The notes: a model not told the origin generated them from the sequence alone. A stretch of DNA of 59,327 bases from a virus (IMGVR_UViG_3300027741_000070:1-59327), one strand, 5' to 3'; counted from the stretch's first letter, positions 9,466-19,184 are shown. Translations and numbers: made by a program.

Positions 9466-12400
9466 TTAGCCGTTTGTTGGGATTATATTCCATACCTGCG
9501 TCTGTGACGAGTCTGTGTTGTTCCAACTAAACGGCGTTGCCGCACCCAAAACTCCAGACCCAGCAAATGAATCTTCCGAAAAAGCAAACCCTGCAAAAGC
9601 TGCAACGTTTGTGTAAACAATATTTGATGTATTAATTGTTGCCCATGTTGAAGATTGGCTATCGTTGATAATTTGCCAAGCCGAGTTTTGAGCATCAACA
9701 ATTGTTGTCCAAGTGACTGATTGGGAATCATTGATAATTTCCCAAAGAAATCTGCCAATAATTGAGTCTAATGCAGCAATAGCTTCAACAACAGATACAT
9801 TGAAAACTGTAGATGTTGATGGAATTGCAGAACCTTGAGCCTGTTCACTAACAAGCGCGTTTAAAACTCCAGTGTTGCTGAGTGTATCAATAGCTTCAGC
9901 ATTTTCAAATATAACGCCAGATTGATTTAGTTTTGCAGAAATACTATCTATTGAACTTGAATTTTCAAACACAGCCCCAGAAATAAAAACAACAGAACTT
10001 GTTGAATCTACTGCGCTTGCCGTTTCTTGAGTGGTGCTAAAAAACACAACCCCAACAGATGTTGAATCAACACCGGAAGAGTTTTCTGCAATATTAACTA
10101 CATAAATTGCTTGGGTTAAAGTTTCATCAATTCCCGATACAAATTCATTGATTAAAGAACCAAAAGAAACTTTGCTATTAATTGAATCAACTATAGATGC
10201 AGCTTCATAGGCGTCAACATTAATTCCAACAAGTGAGCTTGCACTATCCAAACCAGATGCAGTTTCACTAGCAGTCGAATTAAGTATTGCTAAAGCTGAT
10301 ACAAAATCTATACCACTGCTATCTTCAGAAACAAAACACGCATAGATTGTTAAAGCAGAAACAGAATCAACTGCACTGCCATACTCTTGAATATTTACGG
10401 CAAAATTGGCAGCAGCAGACACTAAATCTGCAATAGAAGAATTTTCTTCAACGCTTACCGGCAAAACAAGTAATACTGAAATTAAATCAACACCACTTGC
10501 CGTTTCAGCAATTGAAGAATTAATAGATACGATTGATGATGTGGCATCTAGCGCCGCCGCTGTTTCCGCCGTTAGGGAGTTAAGAACTGCAAGCGACGAT
10601 GCCGCGTCAACTGCTGAGGCGGTTTCAGAAGTTAAAGAAACAAACACTACGCTTGCCGATTGTTCATCAAGCGCACTACCACCTTCTTGAATGTTTGCTG
10701 CAAAGTTGACTGCCGCAGATATTAAATCTTCAATAGATGCTGCTTCTTCAATAGAAGAGTTCACAACAAATACAGAAGAAATTATGTCAGCGCCGCTGGC
10801 TAATTCACTTATAGAAGATACAAGGTATGCAAGTGAAGATACGGAATCAATTGCTGATGAATTTTCATAAACATTTCCAACAAACACAACATTAGAAAAT
10901 GTTGAATCTTCACCAATAGCATATTCATTAACTAAAGAATTAAACACCACACTCGCTGACTGCTCGTCTAGCGCACTACCATTTTCTTGAACACTTGCCG
11001 AAAAATTTACTGCCGCAGATACTAAATCTTCAATAGATGTTGTTTCTTCAATTGATGAATTAATAACAAATACAGAAGCAGTGGTATCAATACCAACTAC
11101 ATTTTCGCTTATAGAAGAAACAAAGTTTGCAAGTGCAGATGTTAAATCTAGCCCAGATGCAAACTCTTCAATACTTGCAACAAATACAACAACAGAAGAT
11201 GTTGAATCAACAACGCTAGTGTCTTCAATAACAGAAGAATTAAACGTTACGCTTGCTGATTGAGCATCATTACCGCTTGCAGTTTCTTCAACTGCTGCTA
11301 GAAAATTGCCCGAAGCGGATGTTGAATCTTCAATAGATGTCGTCTCTTCAACAGAAGATTTCACATCAAACGCGGAAGAAGTGAAATCAATGCCATCGGT
11401 TGTTTCACTAATAGAGGAAACAAAGTCAGCAAACGTGGATATTAAATCTACGCCAGATGCAACTTCTTCAATACTTCCAATAAATACAACAACAGAAGAT
11501 GTTGAATCATTTCCACTGCTTGTTTCTTGAACTGAAGAATTGGCAATAAATATTGAAGATAAAGAATCAACCGCACTGGCAACTTCTGATACCTCTGAAT
11601 TAACATCAAACACAGAAGCAGTTAAATCGGCGCAACTTACATCTTCATTTACATAAGAAATAAAACCAGCAAGCGCAAATATTGAATCTAAAGCACCTGA
11701 GGCTTCTATAATGTTTCCAACAAACACAACAATAGAAGATGTTGAATCAACACCGCTAGTGTTTTCATTAACTGAAGAATTAAACGTTATGTTTGTTGAT
11801 TGAGCATCATTACCGCTTGCTGCTTCTGGTACTGTTATGGAATACTGTATGCCGCCAAGTTGTGAATCAACCCCATTCGCCGTTTCCGCTATTACTGAAC
11901 TAATATCAGCTACGGAAGAAACAGAATCAATACCGTTAACTGTTTCACTAATAGAAGAAGCAAAGTCTATAGCAGCAGAAATTAAATCTACGCCAGATGT
12001 TAACTCTACAATACTCCCAACAAACACAACCACAGATGATGCTGAGTCAACGCCGCTCGCTGTTTCAGAGGCTGTTAAATTTACTACAAACAAAGAAGAC
12101 ACAGAATCAACTGCACTGGCCGTTTCTGAAGCTGTTGAATTAATACTAAGCGAAGAAGAAATTGAATCTAAGGCGGATGCTGCTTCTTCAATAGATGATA
12201 CAAGTACAGCAGCGGCAGAAATTAAATCTATGCCGGAGGCCGCTTCTGCAATGCTTCCAACAAATACAACAACAGAAGATATTGAGTCAGACCCACTGCT
12301 TGTTTCTTGAATTGATGAGTTAATTGAAAACGATGCAGAAACAGAATCAACTGCACTTGCAGTTTCTGATATTGACGAAACAATAACAATTGAAGAAGAA

Positions 12401-12681
12401 ATTGAATCTAAAGAAGATGCCGCCTCTAATATAGAAGAAACAAAAGATGCGGCCGCTGAAATAGAGTCAACGCTTGATGCTGTTTCTGCAATGCTTCCAA
12501 CAAATACTACGGTGGTAGATATTGAATCAACACCACTTGCAGTTTCTGTAATTGAGGCCGGGAAAACAACTACTGAAGATGTTTGGTCTATACCAGAAGC
12601 GTTTTCTAATACAGAAACAAAATAAATCGCGCCACTCAGTGATGAGAATGGCGCGGATGAAAATGGAAAGCCGCTAAACAT
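9466..12681 (-). CDS. Highly repetitive acidic Ser/Val/Ala-rich structural protein (about 19-aa tandem repeats)
   Basis: Dozens of ETASxxDSxSxxxxFxxSI units; lies in the tail module. Confidence 0.8.
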   Translation of the reverse strand: MFSGFPFSSAPFSSLSGAIYFVSVLENASGIDQTSSVVVFPASITETASGVDSISTTVVFVGSIAETASSVDSISAAASFVSSILEAASSLDSISSSIVIVSSISETASAVDSVSASFSINSSIQETSSGSDSISSVVVFVGSIAEAASGIDLISAAAVLVSSIEEAASALDSISSSLSINSTASETASAVDSVSSLFVVNLTASETASGVDSASSVVVFVGSIVELTSGVDLISAAIDFASSISETVNGIDSVSSVADISSVIAETANGVDSQLGGIQYSITVPEAASGNDAQSTNITFNSSVNENTSGVDSTSSIVVFVGNIIEASGALDSIFALAGFISYVNEDVSCADLTASVFDVNSEVSEVASAVDSLSSIFIANSSVQETSSGNDSTSSVVVFIGSIEEVASGVDLISTFADFVSSISETTDGIDFTSSAFDVKSSVEETTSIEDSTSASGNFLAAVEETASGNDAQSASVTFNSSVIEDTSVVDSTSSVVVFVASIEEFASGLDLTSALANFVSSISENVVGIDTTASVFVINSSIEETTSIEDLVSAAVNFSASVQENGSALDEQSASVVFNSLVNEYAIGEDSTFSNVVFVGNVYENSSAIDSVSSLAYLVSSISELASGADIISSVFVVNSSIEEAASIEDLISAAVNFAANIQEGGSALDEQSASVVFVSLTSETASAVDAASSLAVLNSLTAETAAALDATSSIVSINSSIAETASGVDLISVLLVLPVSVEENSSIADLVSAAANFAVNIQEYGSAVDSVSALTIYACFVSEDSSGIDFVSALAILNSTASETASGLDSASSLVGINVDAYEAASIVDSINSKVSFGSLINEFVSGIDETLTQAIYVVNIAENSSGVDSTSVGVVFFSTTQETASAVDSTSSVVFISGAVFENSSSIDSISAKLNQSGVIFENAEAIDTLSNTGVLNALVSEQAQGSAIPSTSTVFNVSVVEAIAALDSIIGRFLWEIINDSQSVTWTTIVDAQNSAWQIINDSQSSTWATINTSNIVYTNVAAFAGFAFSEDSFAGSGVLGAATPFSWNNTDSSQTQVWNIIPTNG

Positions 12682-12700
12682 TTAACGACTCTCCTACTTT

Positions 12701-12880
12701 TTATTCAACAGTCAGTTGGTCTTCCGAAAACCAGCGAGTTTGTTCTTCACCTTCAATGTCAGTCCAAGTGATTTGGTAGAAGAAGTTACCATCTTCATCC
12801 ATACGCAAGGCTTCAACCGGGCCGCTAGGAACAACGGCCTTGGCAGTAACAACATCGCCCTTCTTAAATTTAGTAGCCAT
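12701..12880 (-). CDS. 59-aa protein, DUF2158/YodC-like (not in ORF track)
   Basis: MATKFKKGDVVTAKAVVPSGPVEALRMDEDG...TRWFSEDQL with GGAG RBS; fills the gap between two late genes. Confidence 0.7.
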   Translation of the reverse strand: MATKFKKGDVVTAKAVVPSGPVEALRMDEDGNFFYQITWTDIEGEEQTRWFSEDQLTVE

Positions 12881-12890
12881 TTGTCGCTCC

Positions 12891-13472
12891 TTAGGTAGCG
12901 GTTAAGCTGAACTGATAGGTGACGTTCAACGTGTCACCACTAACCACCGAGCGGTCGCCCGGCGATTGGAAGTCAGAGGCCGAGAACAGCGTACCTGTTG
13001 TACCACTCTTGGTGCTGTTGCTGGTCAAGAATGCGCCACCAACAGTAGTTGTACCGTTGATGTTAAACACGGCCACAGAAGCACTGTTGCTAATCACTGA
13101 CGGGTTTGCAGTGGTGGCAGTGCCAAACACCGCTTGGGGACGAGTGGCATTGCTATAGGTGGTGTTCTCAGTCCAACCGGCGTGGGACGACATCGTGTCG
13201 CCAGCAGCAGGGTTATTAGATGCAGCAGCACCGTACAAACCAATATACCAAGCAGCGGTGTACGCAGAGCCGCTGAAATACTTGGTGTTCATATCTTGAA
13301 GACCAACGTTAACAACGAGGTTTTCATTGTCTTCGCGCCACTTCAGATTGCCGTCCTTGTCAAAACACTCAACAATAAAACGACCCTTTGCCGACATATT
13401 TTCACCGGCAATTTTGTTTGTTTCAACACCAGCGTTAACTAGGTCCACGCTGGCAGCATTTTCATTTTGCAT
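12891..13472 (-). CDS. Virion structural (tail) protein
   Basis: NLVVNVG...WYIGL...GTLFSASDF...GDTLNVTY pattern typical of tail attachment proteins. Confidence 0.7.
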   Translation of the reverse strand: MQNENAASVDLVNAGVETNKIAGENMSAKGRFIVECFDKDGNLKWREDNENLVVNVGLQDMNTKYFSGSAYTAAWYIGLYGAAASNNPAAGDTMSSHAGWTENTTYSNATRPQAVFGTATTANPSVISNSASVAVFNINGTTTVGGAFLTSNSTKSGTTGTLFSASDFQSPGDRSVVSGDTLNVTYQFSLTAT

Positions 13473-13481
13473 GACTGCTCC

Positions 13482-13904
13482 TTAAGAAATTCGGACTAAC
13501 GCCGATGTGTTTGTTGCTACGGGGAATTGCACTTGAAACTGAGTAGTAGACGTTTTATCCGACCCAAAATCAAGAACAAACAGTGCGGTGTTGTCATCGG
13601 ATTTGTAAATTAATGCGCCACGAGCAGTAATAACACCAGCCCAAGCAGCATCGGAAAAATCCAAGTATGAAACACCATCTAAAAATCCCACAGATGGAGT
13701 AATGGCCATTCCACCTGCGGTGTATCCTGATGCCACAACTTCATTGTCAGTTGTGTATGCGGCAGTTTGTGCGTTTAAAGTAGCGTATGAATCATACAGA
13801 GCAATCTTGAAAGTCTGAGTGGTAGGTGCAGCAAAATCAAAAGTACCAGCCAGTAGACCTACTTTAAACGTGTCGCAAGTGTAGTTGCCGGTAAAAGCCA
13901 TCAA
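13482..13904 (-). CDS. Virion structural protein
   Basis: FKIALY...GYTAGG...ITARGALIY...VLDFGSDK conserved phage structural pattern. Confidence 0.7.
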   Translation of the reverse strand: MMAFTGNYTCDTFKVGLLAGTFDFAAPTTQTFKIALYDSYATLNAQTAAYTTDNEVVASGYTAGGMAITPSVGFLDGVSYLDFSDAAWAGVITARGALIYKSDDNTALFVLDFGSDKTSTTQFQVQFPVATNTSALVRIS

Positions 13905-14569
13905 ATCACCTTCTGCTTGTATTGACCATCACGGTAAGCATCACCACGCTCAAGGCCATCACCCAGACGTTTAGCCATAGCAAGGGCTTCGTCATACCGT
14001 TTCTGATATGCAGTATAAACATCCGCCTCACCTTTCATGTAGGTGTACGCTTCCAGCAAAGAGCCATAAAAGAGAACGGAATCAAAGTTATCGCCCAACC
14101 AAGATGTGCCAGCGGTGACAATTGATTCTGGGTAGTAGTAGTAGTGAAGCTCAATAACATATGCGGCATCAGGTGTAGGGCCAAGAATAAAAGACAATTC
14201 TGTTGTAATAACAGGTGTCGCCGCATTGGTAGTGGTAGGACCAAACAAGGCGTAATATTCTGGCAACCCAGTATCGTTGGGATTAGGAAAAGCTGCTCTA
14301 ATGAAGTTTACGTCTTTGTTTAATAAATATTGGTAATTATTATTACCATCCACAGCAGCCATTGAAAATACAGACAAAAAATCCAAAGGCGCGGAAAGAT
14401 ATTTATTATTTCCGTATGTTGTACCGGTAACATTTTTACGCAACGACGGGAACTGAATCGTATTGTAAACACGTTGTTCAGCTTGTTTAATGAACGTGTT
14501 TATATCATCAGTTGCAAACTGATTCTCAGTATAGCTTTGAATCTCAGCAACTAATTGTGTGTAGTTCAT
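13901..14569 (-). CDS. Head-tail adaptor-like protein
   Basis: FIKQAEQRV...GLPEYYA...GPTPD...LFYGSLLEAYTYMK adaptor-type pattern; position in late operon. Confidence 0.7.
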   Translation of the reverse strand: MNYTQLVAEIQSYTENQFATDDINTFIKQAEQRVYNTIQFPSLRKNVTGTTYGNNKYLSAPLDFLSVFSMAAVDGNNNYQYLLNKDVNFIRAAFPNPNDTGLPEYYALFGPTTTNAATPVITTELSFILGPTPDAAYVIELHYYYYPESIVTAGTSWLGDNFDSVLFYGSLLEAYTYMKGEADVYTAYQKRYDEALAMAKRLGDGLERGDAYRDGQYKQKVI

Positions 14570-14571
14570 GA

Positions 14572-14838
14572 TTAAGCCATCGGGCCGCGAGCCTTAGTAC
14601 CCTTGGTAGCAGCGCCGCAACCACGGATTTCAATGCCATCAGTCTTAGCCGGGGCGTAGTCGTTTCGGGCAATGTTGCCAACAGACATATTTACGTCGTT
14701 AGCCTTCATGCGGTTGCCGCCCTCATAGCCGCTATTCTTGATGTCAACACCGGCCTTGCCGTCCATAGTGTGCGGTTCAGCATAGACTTCGGCAGAGCCG
14801 ACTTCCTTGCCACCTTTCTTCATACTGAAATTAGCCAT
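14572..14838 (-). CDS. Small basic protein with RGCGAATKG C-terminal motif
   Basis: ORF with MKKGG and RGxGAATKG motifs. Confidence 0.7.
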   Translation of the reverse strand: MANFSMKKGGKEVGSAEVYAEPHTMDGKAGVDIKNSGYEGGNRMKANDVNMSVGNIARNDYAPAKTDGIEIRGCGAATKGTKARGPMA

Positions 14839-15008
14839 TATCGACCCCGCGACGAAGTGCGTTGATTGATAACCTTAGCCATGCCGCGACCATACTTCTT
14901 CATATCAAGATTGGTCTTGCCGCCTTTGGCGAAACCCTTGCCGTGCATACGCTTTTCGTGCGACTTAACTTCTTCGTCGGCAATCTTCTTAACTTCTTTC
15001 TTGTCCAT
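14838..15008 (-). CDS. 56-aa basic protein (not in ORF track)
   Basis: MDKKEVKKIADEEVKSHEKRMHGKGFAKGGKTNLDMKKYGRGMAKVINQRTSSRGR; AAGGA RBS; stop overlaps the next ATG. Confidence 0.7.
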   Translation of the reverse strand: MDKKEVKKIADEEVKSHEKRMHGKGFAKGGKTNLDMKKYGRGMAKVINQRTSSRGR

Positions 15009-15017
15009 GATTGTTCC

Positions 15018-15392
15018 TTAAGTTGTTACTACAGTTACTGTCCCAAGTGTAATTTGCAGCGCCAGATTGTTTGGCGTTAGGTAATCATCATTTGCCCTTG
15101 AGCCACCAACCGGATTCCAACCCCATTGTATAATTCTACTACCTCCGCCATCATTTCCAGAAACATAATAACTTGTATCTGGTCTTGGTTGACGAACGGC
15201 TTGCGGGTCATTAACTGGATACATACCAAGTTGCAACTGCGGTTGGTCCGGTTCCCAGCATTGCGGACAAACACGAATATTTGTCAGCTTTGTTTTAATC
15301 GTCAAATACTTTAAATGCAGCAGCTTATAGCGGAACCCGCATCGGTCACATTCCGCGATTGAATGCTTACCAGATGAAAACTGATTGGGCAT
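15018..15392 (-). CDS. Zinc-finger-like protein
   Basis: CDRC...CPQC pair followed by PQLQLG...DPQAVRQPRPD. Confidence 0.7.
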   Translation of the reverse strand: MPNQFSSGKHSIAECDRCGFRYKLLHLKYLTIKTKLTNIRVCPQCWEPDQPQLQLGMYPVNDPQAVRQPRPDTSYYVSGNDGGGSRIIQWGWNPVGGSRANDDYLTPNNLALQITLGTVTVVTT

Positions 15393-15396
15393 TTAA

Positions 15397-16146
15397 TCAC
15401 CTATAGAACAAACTGCGCGGAACAAATCGAACCGGAGCCTTTTCCCGGTCTTCGTCAGCGGCAAGCTGGAATTGTTGTTCGTAGTCAGCCTTCAGTTCCA
15501 TACGACGTTGCGGGTCGATGTTGGGTAGCTTCATTGCAAGGTAATAGGCCAAGCCAGCAACCATGCAGGGAATGAACCGGAACGGGATGTCTTGAGTCTT
15601 AGTGCCACCATCTCCGGCGTCTTGAATGCGGCGCATACGCCAGTAAACAAACGTGTATGTTTGTGAACTGTCCGGAGTAGGCCAAACAACAACTTGAGGC
15701 GGGTCAATGCCAGTTGAAGGATTTGTTCCGGCGGGCCGGCCACCAGCAGGATAGGTAGCGCCAGACTGACGATTAATCCACACTTGAATTGGACGGCCAG
15801 TGGCATTCTTGTTGGGAATCACCGCATAGGTAGTCACACTGATGCGGTTGATGTTGATGTCTGTTTGGTTAGAGCCTGTTCCGGTGCGGATAACATGGTC
15901 AACTAGGTCAATCGTATCTATCGGTAGTACATATGTCGCAGTACCCGGCGTAAGAACAAATGAACCCTGTTCAATTGTCCACAGATTGATGCCGCGATTG
16001 GCCCACTCAATAGTTAGTAAGTTTAAACTTCTACGGGCCGTGCGAAGGTCATAACCAGTACGCAGCTCAGAACCGCAACGCTCAAATGCTTCTTCCACCA
16101 GATTGTTTAAATCTAGGTTAAATGCACTGGTTCCAGAAGTTGTCAT
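15397..16146 (-). CDS. Head-tail adaptor/connector-like protein
   Basis: EEAFERCG...ARRSLNLL...WANRGINLW...VWPTPD...GLAYYLA. Confidence 0.72.
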   Translation of the reverse strand: MTTSGTSAFNLDLNNLVEEAFERCGSELRTGYDLRTARRSLNLLTIEWANRGINLWTIEQGSFVLTPGTATYVLPIDTIDLVDHVIRTGTGSNQTDININRISVTTYAVIPNKNATGRPIQVWINRQSGATYPAGGRPAGTNPSTGIDPPQVVVWPTPDSSQTYTFVYWRMRRIQDAGDGGTKTQDIPFRFIPCMVAGLAYYLAMKLPNIDPQRRMELKADYEQQFQLAADEDREKAPVRFVPRSLFYR

Positions 16147-16397
16147 TTGGTTTTCCTATACGGAGCTACTTTTTTAGCTATGCCCTTGGGCTGTGCTACG
16201 AATTGCTTTCCTGACTTCTTTCCCGCTCTTTTTGCTCTAGTCGTAGCAGCATATTCTGACGGAGATAACGACTTAATCGCTGCCTCCGGTAAGTATCGTT
16301 CGCCTGTGGCTTTTGAGCCTTGCGTTGACGGTTTGCCACTTTTAGTTCTCCACTTCTGGTCAGTCCACGCCTTTAATGAACGCTGAGGCGCTTTCAA
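16143..16397 (-). CDS. Small basic protein (DUF5872-like; start adjusted to TTG 16397)
   Basis: SLKAWTDQKWRTKSGKPS...ERYLPEAAIKSLS...KQFVAQP. Confidence 0.65.
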   Translation of the reverse strand: MKAPQRSLKAWTDQKWRTKSGKPSTQGSKATGERYLPEAAIKSLSPSEYAATTRAKRAGKKSGKQFVAQPKGIAKKVAPYRKTK

Positions 16398-16660
16398 TCT
16401 TTGTAACCCCCGCCCTTTTGCTTGTATTGCATAGCAAGCATCTGAGCTTTCCTTGCAGACCATTGACCGGGTGCGCCGCCTTTGCCACCGCCCTTAATGC
16501 GGTTAAACAATGACTTACGCATACCCGGCTTGGTGTAATTACCAGCCTCGTTTACACGGCTTTCGCCGCCCTTGGAATAGAGTGCAACCGGCTCTTCACG
16601 CTTTCTGATGCGCTTCAGCTTGGCCGGGTTTACTGCACCCATTCCACGGCAAGGTCTCAT
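16394..16660 (-). CDS. Small basic protein (DUF5872-like)
   Basis: NYTKPGMRK...GQWSARKAQMLA..YK..GGGY. Confidence 0.65.
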   Translation of the reverse strand: MRPCRGMGAVNPAKLKRIRKREEPVALYSKGGESRVNEAGNYTKPGMRKSLFNRIKGGGKGGAPGQWSARKAQMLAMQYKQKGGGYKD

Positions 16661-17328
16661 ACCATCCGACCTTTGGTCTTACCGCGCTGGCAGCAACCAT
16701 CGCCGCGCTTTGAAGCCGACGACACCGAACCACCAGATGCCTTCTTAGCAGTCTTCTTCTTGACCTGACCGCCCTTCTTAAAGCGACCGAAAAAACTTGC
16801 ATCTTTGTTGCGCTGGGTCATGGCGTCATAGTCTTCTTGACTAATGTCTTCGCCAAACAAACCCTTACGCATTGGGGCGCTCGGCGGATTGAAGGTTTCA
16901 ACCGGAAACTCGGTTTCATAGTTTTGAGTGGTGCCTTGCGAGGTTACGTTGCCACGCTCTACGGCAGCGCCGCCGGGGGTTCCGGGCAAGCCCTGAATGC
17001 CAGCAGTTTGTGCAGATTCTGGACTGGATGGTGCAATATATTCGCTGGAAGTTTTGTTGGGATTTTGAGATTTATTAGTCCTTGGATTAAATTTGGTTGA
17101 CTTGGGAACGGTAGTTCCGCGACCAACCATAACGGACGGGTAATTTAAAATATCTCTCTGACCCCTGTCTTTCATGTTGGGGGCAACATTTTCCCTAACA
17201 ACTGTTTTTTTTGCAGTTTGTTCTTCTGCCTGCTTGTTTGCGGCACTAGAATGGGCTTTTCTGTACCGAGCTTTTTGTTCTTCGGTACTACCTAGGGTCC
17301 ACCAAGGTAAATCATCATCTTTTGCCAT
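16657..17328 (-). CDS. Low-complexity protein with C-terminal KKGG / RGDGCCQRGKTKG motif
   Basis: Start adjusted to MAKDDD; C-terminal motif shared with neighbouring genes. Confidence 0.65.
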   Translation of the reverse strand: MAKDDDLPWWTLGSTEEQKARYRKAHSSAANKQAEEQTAKKTVVRENVAPNMKDRGQRDILNYPSVMVGRGTTVPKSTKFNPRTNKSQNPNKTSSEYIAPSSPESAQTAGIQGLPGTPGGAAVERGNVTSQGTTQNYETEFPVETFNPPSAPMRKGLFGEDISQEDYDAMTQRNKDASFFGRFKKGGQVKKKTAKKASGGSVSSASKRGDGCCQRGKTKGRMV

Positions 17329-17330
17329 GA

Positions 17331-17603
17331 TTACACCACCTTGCCTTTGGTCTTGCCGCGTTGAGCGCAACCATCAGCACGGCTAGAAGCAGTGCCACCC
17401 ATTGCCATCTTTACGCAACCACCCTTCTTAAAACGGGTTGCTTCATCGTGAGCCTTCATGTAAGGGTCTTCCTGCTTTTCTTTAGCCTTCTTGGCGGCAG
17501 CATCTTTCGCATCCTTCTTGGCTTGCGAAATGGGGTCAAGCATACCCGGAACAGGCTCCGTTACATCTTTAGATTCAGGAATGTCTTTTTTAGTAGTTGC
17601 CAT
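17331..17603 (-). CDS. Small basic protein with KKGG / RADGCAQRGKTKG motif
   Basis: C-terminus paralogous to that of the preceding ORF. Confidence 0.7.
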   Translation of the reverse strand: MATTKKDIPESKDVTEPVPGMLDPISQAKKDAKDAAAKKAKEKQEDPYMKAHDEATRFKKGGCVKMAMGGTASSRADGCAQRGKTKGKVV

Positions 17604-17613
17604 TTTTATCTCC

Positions 17614-18009
17614 TTAGCACTTGCCGCCGCGCTTCATGCCCTTAGCGCCGCTTTGAATGCCAACGTTCGGACCAGAATCACCAAGGTTACGACCCTTGGT
17701 CTTGCCCTTAATTTCAACGCCACCGCCGCGAACCATCTTCTTGCAGGCTCCGCCCTTCTTCATACCGGCTTCGGCCATCTCATGCTTAACCATCGACTTC
17801 GGTGCGCCCTTGGCCTTCATAAAGGACACTTCTTTCTTAACCATCTTCTTCGATTCAGCCATTTCACCACCTCGTTTAAATTGTTTGCCTTTATCGGCTT
17901 TTGCAAATTCTTCCCCAACACTTTTGGGAACACCGACCTTTTTGGCAAATTTAGGATTATTTGCCACCGCTTCCATAAAGTTATGTTGCTTTTTACTTAC
18001 GCTTGGCAT
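17614..18009 (-). CDS. Lys/Gly-rich basic protein (start MPSVSKKQ)
   Basis: Repeated (F/M)K(K/R)GG motifs and KGKTKG. Confidence 0.7.
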   Translation of the reverse strand: MPSVSKKQHNFMEAVANNPKFAKKVGVPKSVGEEFAKADKGKQFKRGGEMAESKKMVKKEVSFMKAKGAPKSMVKHEMAEAGMKKGGACKKMVRGGGVEIKGKTKGRNLGDSGPNVGIQSGAKGMKRGGKC

Positions 18010-18193
18010 TTTTATATTCCTTCCAAGTTTCAATCCAATCTTGGACAGTCTTGGTTTCGTAGATACGAATAACAGACCAGACAATTGAAAATAGTGCAGC
18101 AATGGCCGGTAGTGCGTTCATAAGCGTTCCAACTACTGTAACTACGGACGCCGCATCAACCGCCTGTTTAATGGTTTCTTGATGTTCTGTCAT
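17993..18193 (-). CDS. Small membrane protein, possible holin
   Basis: Hydrophobic stretch SVVTVVGTLMNALPAIAALFSIVWSVI followed by a basic C-terminus. Confidence 0.5.
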   Translation of the reverse strand: MTEHQETIKQAVDAASVVTVVGTLMNALPAIAALFSIVWSVIRIYETKTVQDWIETWKEYKNAKRK

Positions 18194-18194
18194 T

Positions 18195-18449
18195 TTAACA
18201 ATTCCATGCCCGCAGGCTTTTGTTGATACGCGAGTTAGGGTCATTAGCCGTCTTAGAGCTTGTCAACTTCTTTTTCATGCCTTTCATTCTGGCGCAAAAA
18301 GAATCGCGGCGCGAACCACCTTCAGGCTGCGGAGCTTTCAGCCCCGGTTTACCCGGATTAGCAGCATTATAAGAAGCACGACCCTTGGCATTTAAACCGC
18401 CCTTGGGGTTCTTGCCTTCTTTACGCTGCCATGCCGGGGACTTAGCCAT
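18195..18449 (-). CDS. Conserved small basic phage protein (DUF6321-like)
   Basis: MAKSPAWQRKEGKNPKGGLNAKGRASY...SFCARM...SLRAWNC. Confidence 0.7.
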   Translation of the reverse strand: MAKSPAWQRKEGKNPKGGLNAKGRASYNAANPGKPGLKAPQPEGGSRRDSFCARMKGMKKKLTSSKTANDPNSRINKSLRAWNC

Positions 18450-18726
18450 AAAACACCGTTGCGGTTGTGCCTGTGCCATTTGTTACATAGATTCCACTCT
18501 GGGCAAGAATTCCCTCACCCGGAAATAACATATATAACGAACCAGCAACAGCGGCAGGAGTAAATGTGAATAGAGTGGCACCACCATTGCCATCAGCAAT
18601 AGTGATTGCGCCAGCACTAGACGTATAAGTCAAAGCAACAGCCTTAACTCGACTTCTATAAGAAGTTACGGCTGTGCTTGCTGCTGCCCCCGCAGTTCCG
18701 GCCTTAACATCAGTTTGCATCGTCAT
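18442..18726 (-). CDS. Small beta-rich virion protein
   Basis: MQTDVKA...PGEGIL...TVFYG; in the late operon. Confidence 0.65.
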   Translation of the reverse strand: MTMQTDVKAGTAGAAASTAVTSYRSRVKAVALTYTSSAGAITIADGNGGATLFTFTPAAVAGSLYMLFPGEGILAQSGIYVTNGTGTTATVFYG

Positions 18727-18738
18727 GACGCACCCCTA

Positions 18739-19104
18739 TTAAGCAGCAGTGGTAACGTTAGTCCAAGTCGTCGAACCGGTCGTATTTACATACAGGCGGG
18801 TGCTAGTCGAAGAACCATCGGTACGGATGTACAGCGAACCTTGAGCAGCCGACACGGTCGGTGCGCCCGAACCCACATAGATGCCCAGACCAGTGGTGGT
18901 GGTGGCAAGGAACGCAGCAGTGCCGCCAGCAACAACAGCTTGATTTGAATCGGCGGTAATGTTGCCAGTAGCCGATAAGGTGGTGACGGAAGTTGCAGCG
19001 CCGATGGTCGAAGTGGTGGTGACTGCGCCAGTGGTCGAGTCAATCGAAATAGTTTGGAAGCCGTTCTGCGAGCGAACTGGTCCATTAAAAGTGGTATTAG
19101 CCAT
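18739..19104 (-). CDS. Putative capsid decoration/minor head protein
   Basis: MANTTFNGPVRSQNGF N-terminus; first gene after the MCP; GGAG RBS. Confidence 0.65.
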   Translation of the reverse strand: MANTTFNGPVRSQNGFQTISIDSTTGAVTTTSTIGAATSVTTLSATGNITADSNQAVVAGGTAAFLATTTTGLGIYVGSGAPTVSAAQGSLYIRTDGSSTSTRLYVNTTGSTTWTNVTTAA

Positions 19105-19119
19105 TTAAATCTCCGTGTT

Positions 19120-19184
19120 GTAGCACTAACTCCATTATCTCTACAAAGTCTGCTAGGTCAGTTAATGGAGTTGATTTCCTAGTA
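19120..19184 (-). ncRNA. Structured RNA downstream of the gpT-like capsid gene, likely Mu-gpT-DE motif
   Basis: 10-bp stem AACTCCATTA/TAATGGAGTT (19128-19137 with 19163-19172), CTAGG/CCTAG pseudoknot potential, and a loop carrying CTGACCTAGCAGAC. Position matches the described Mu-gpT downstream element. Confidence 0.65.
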
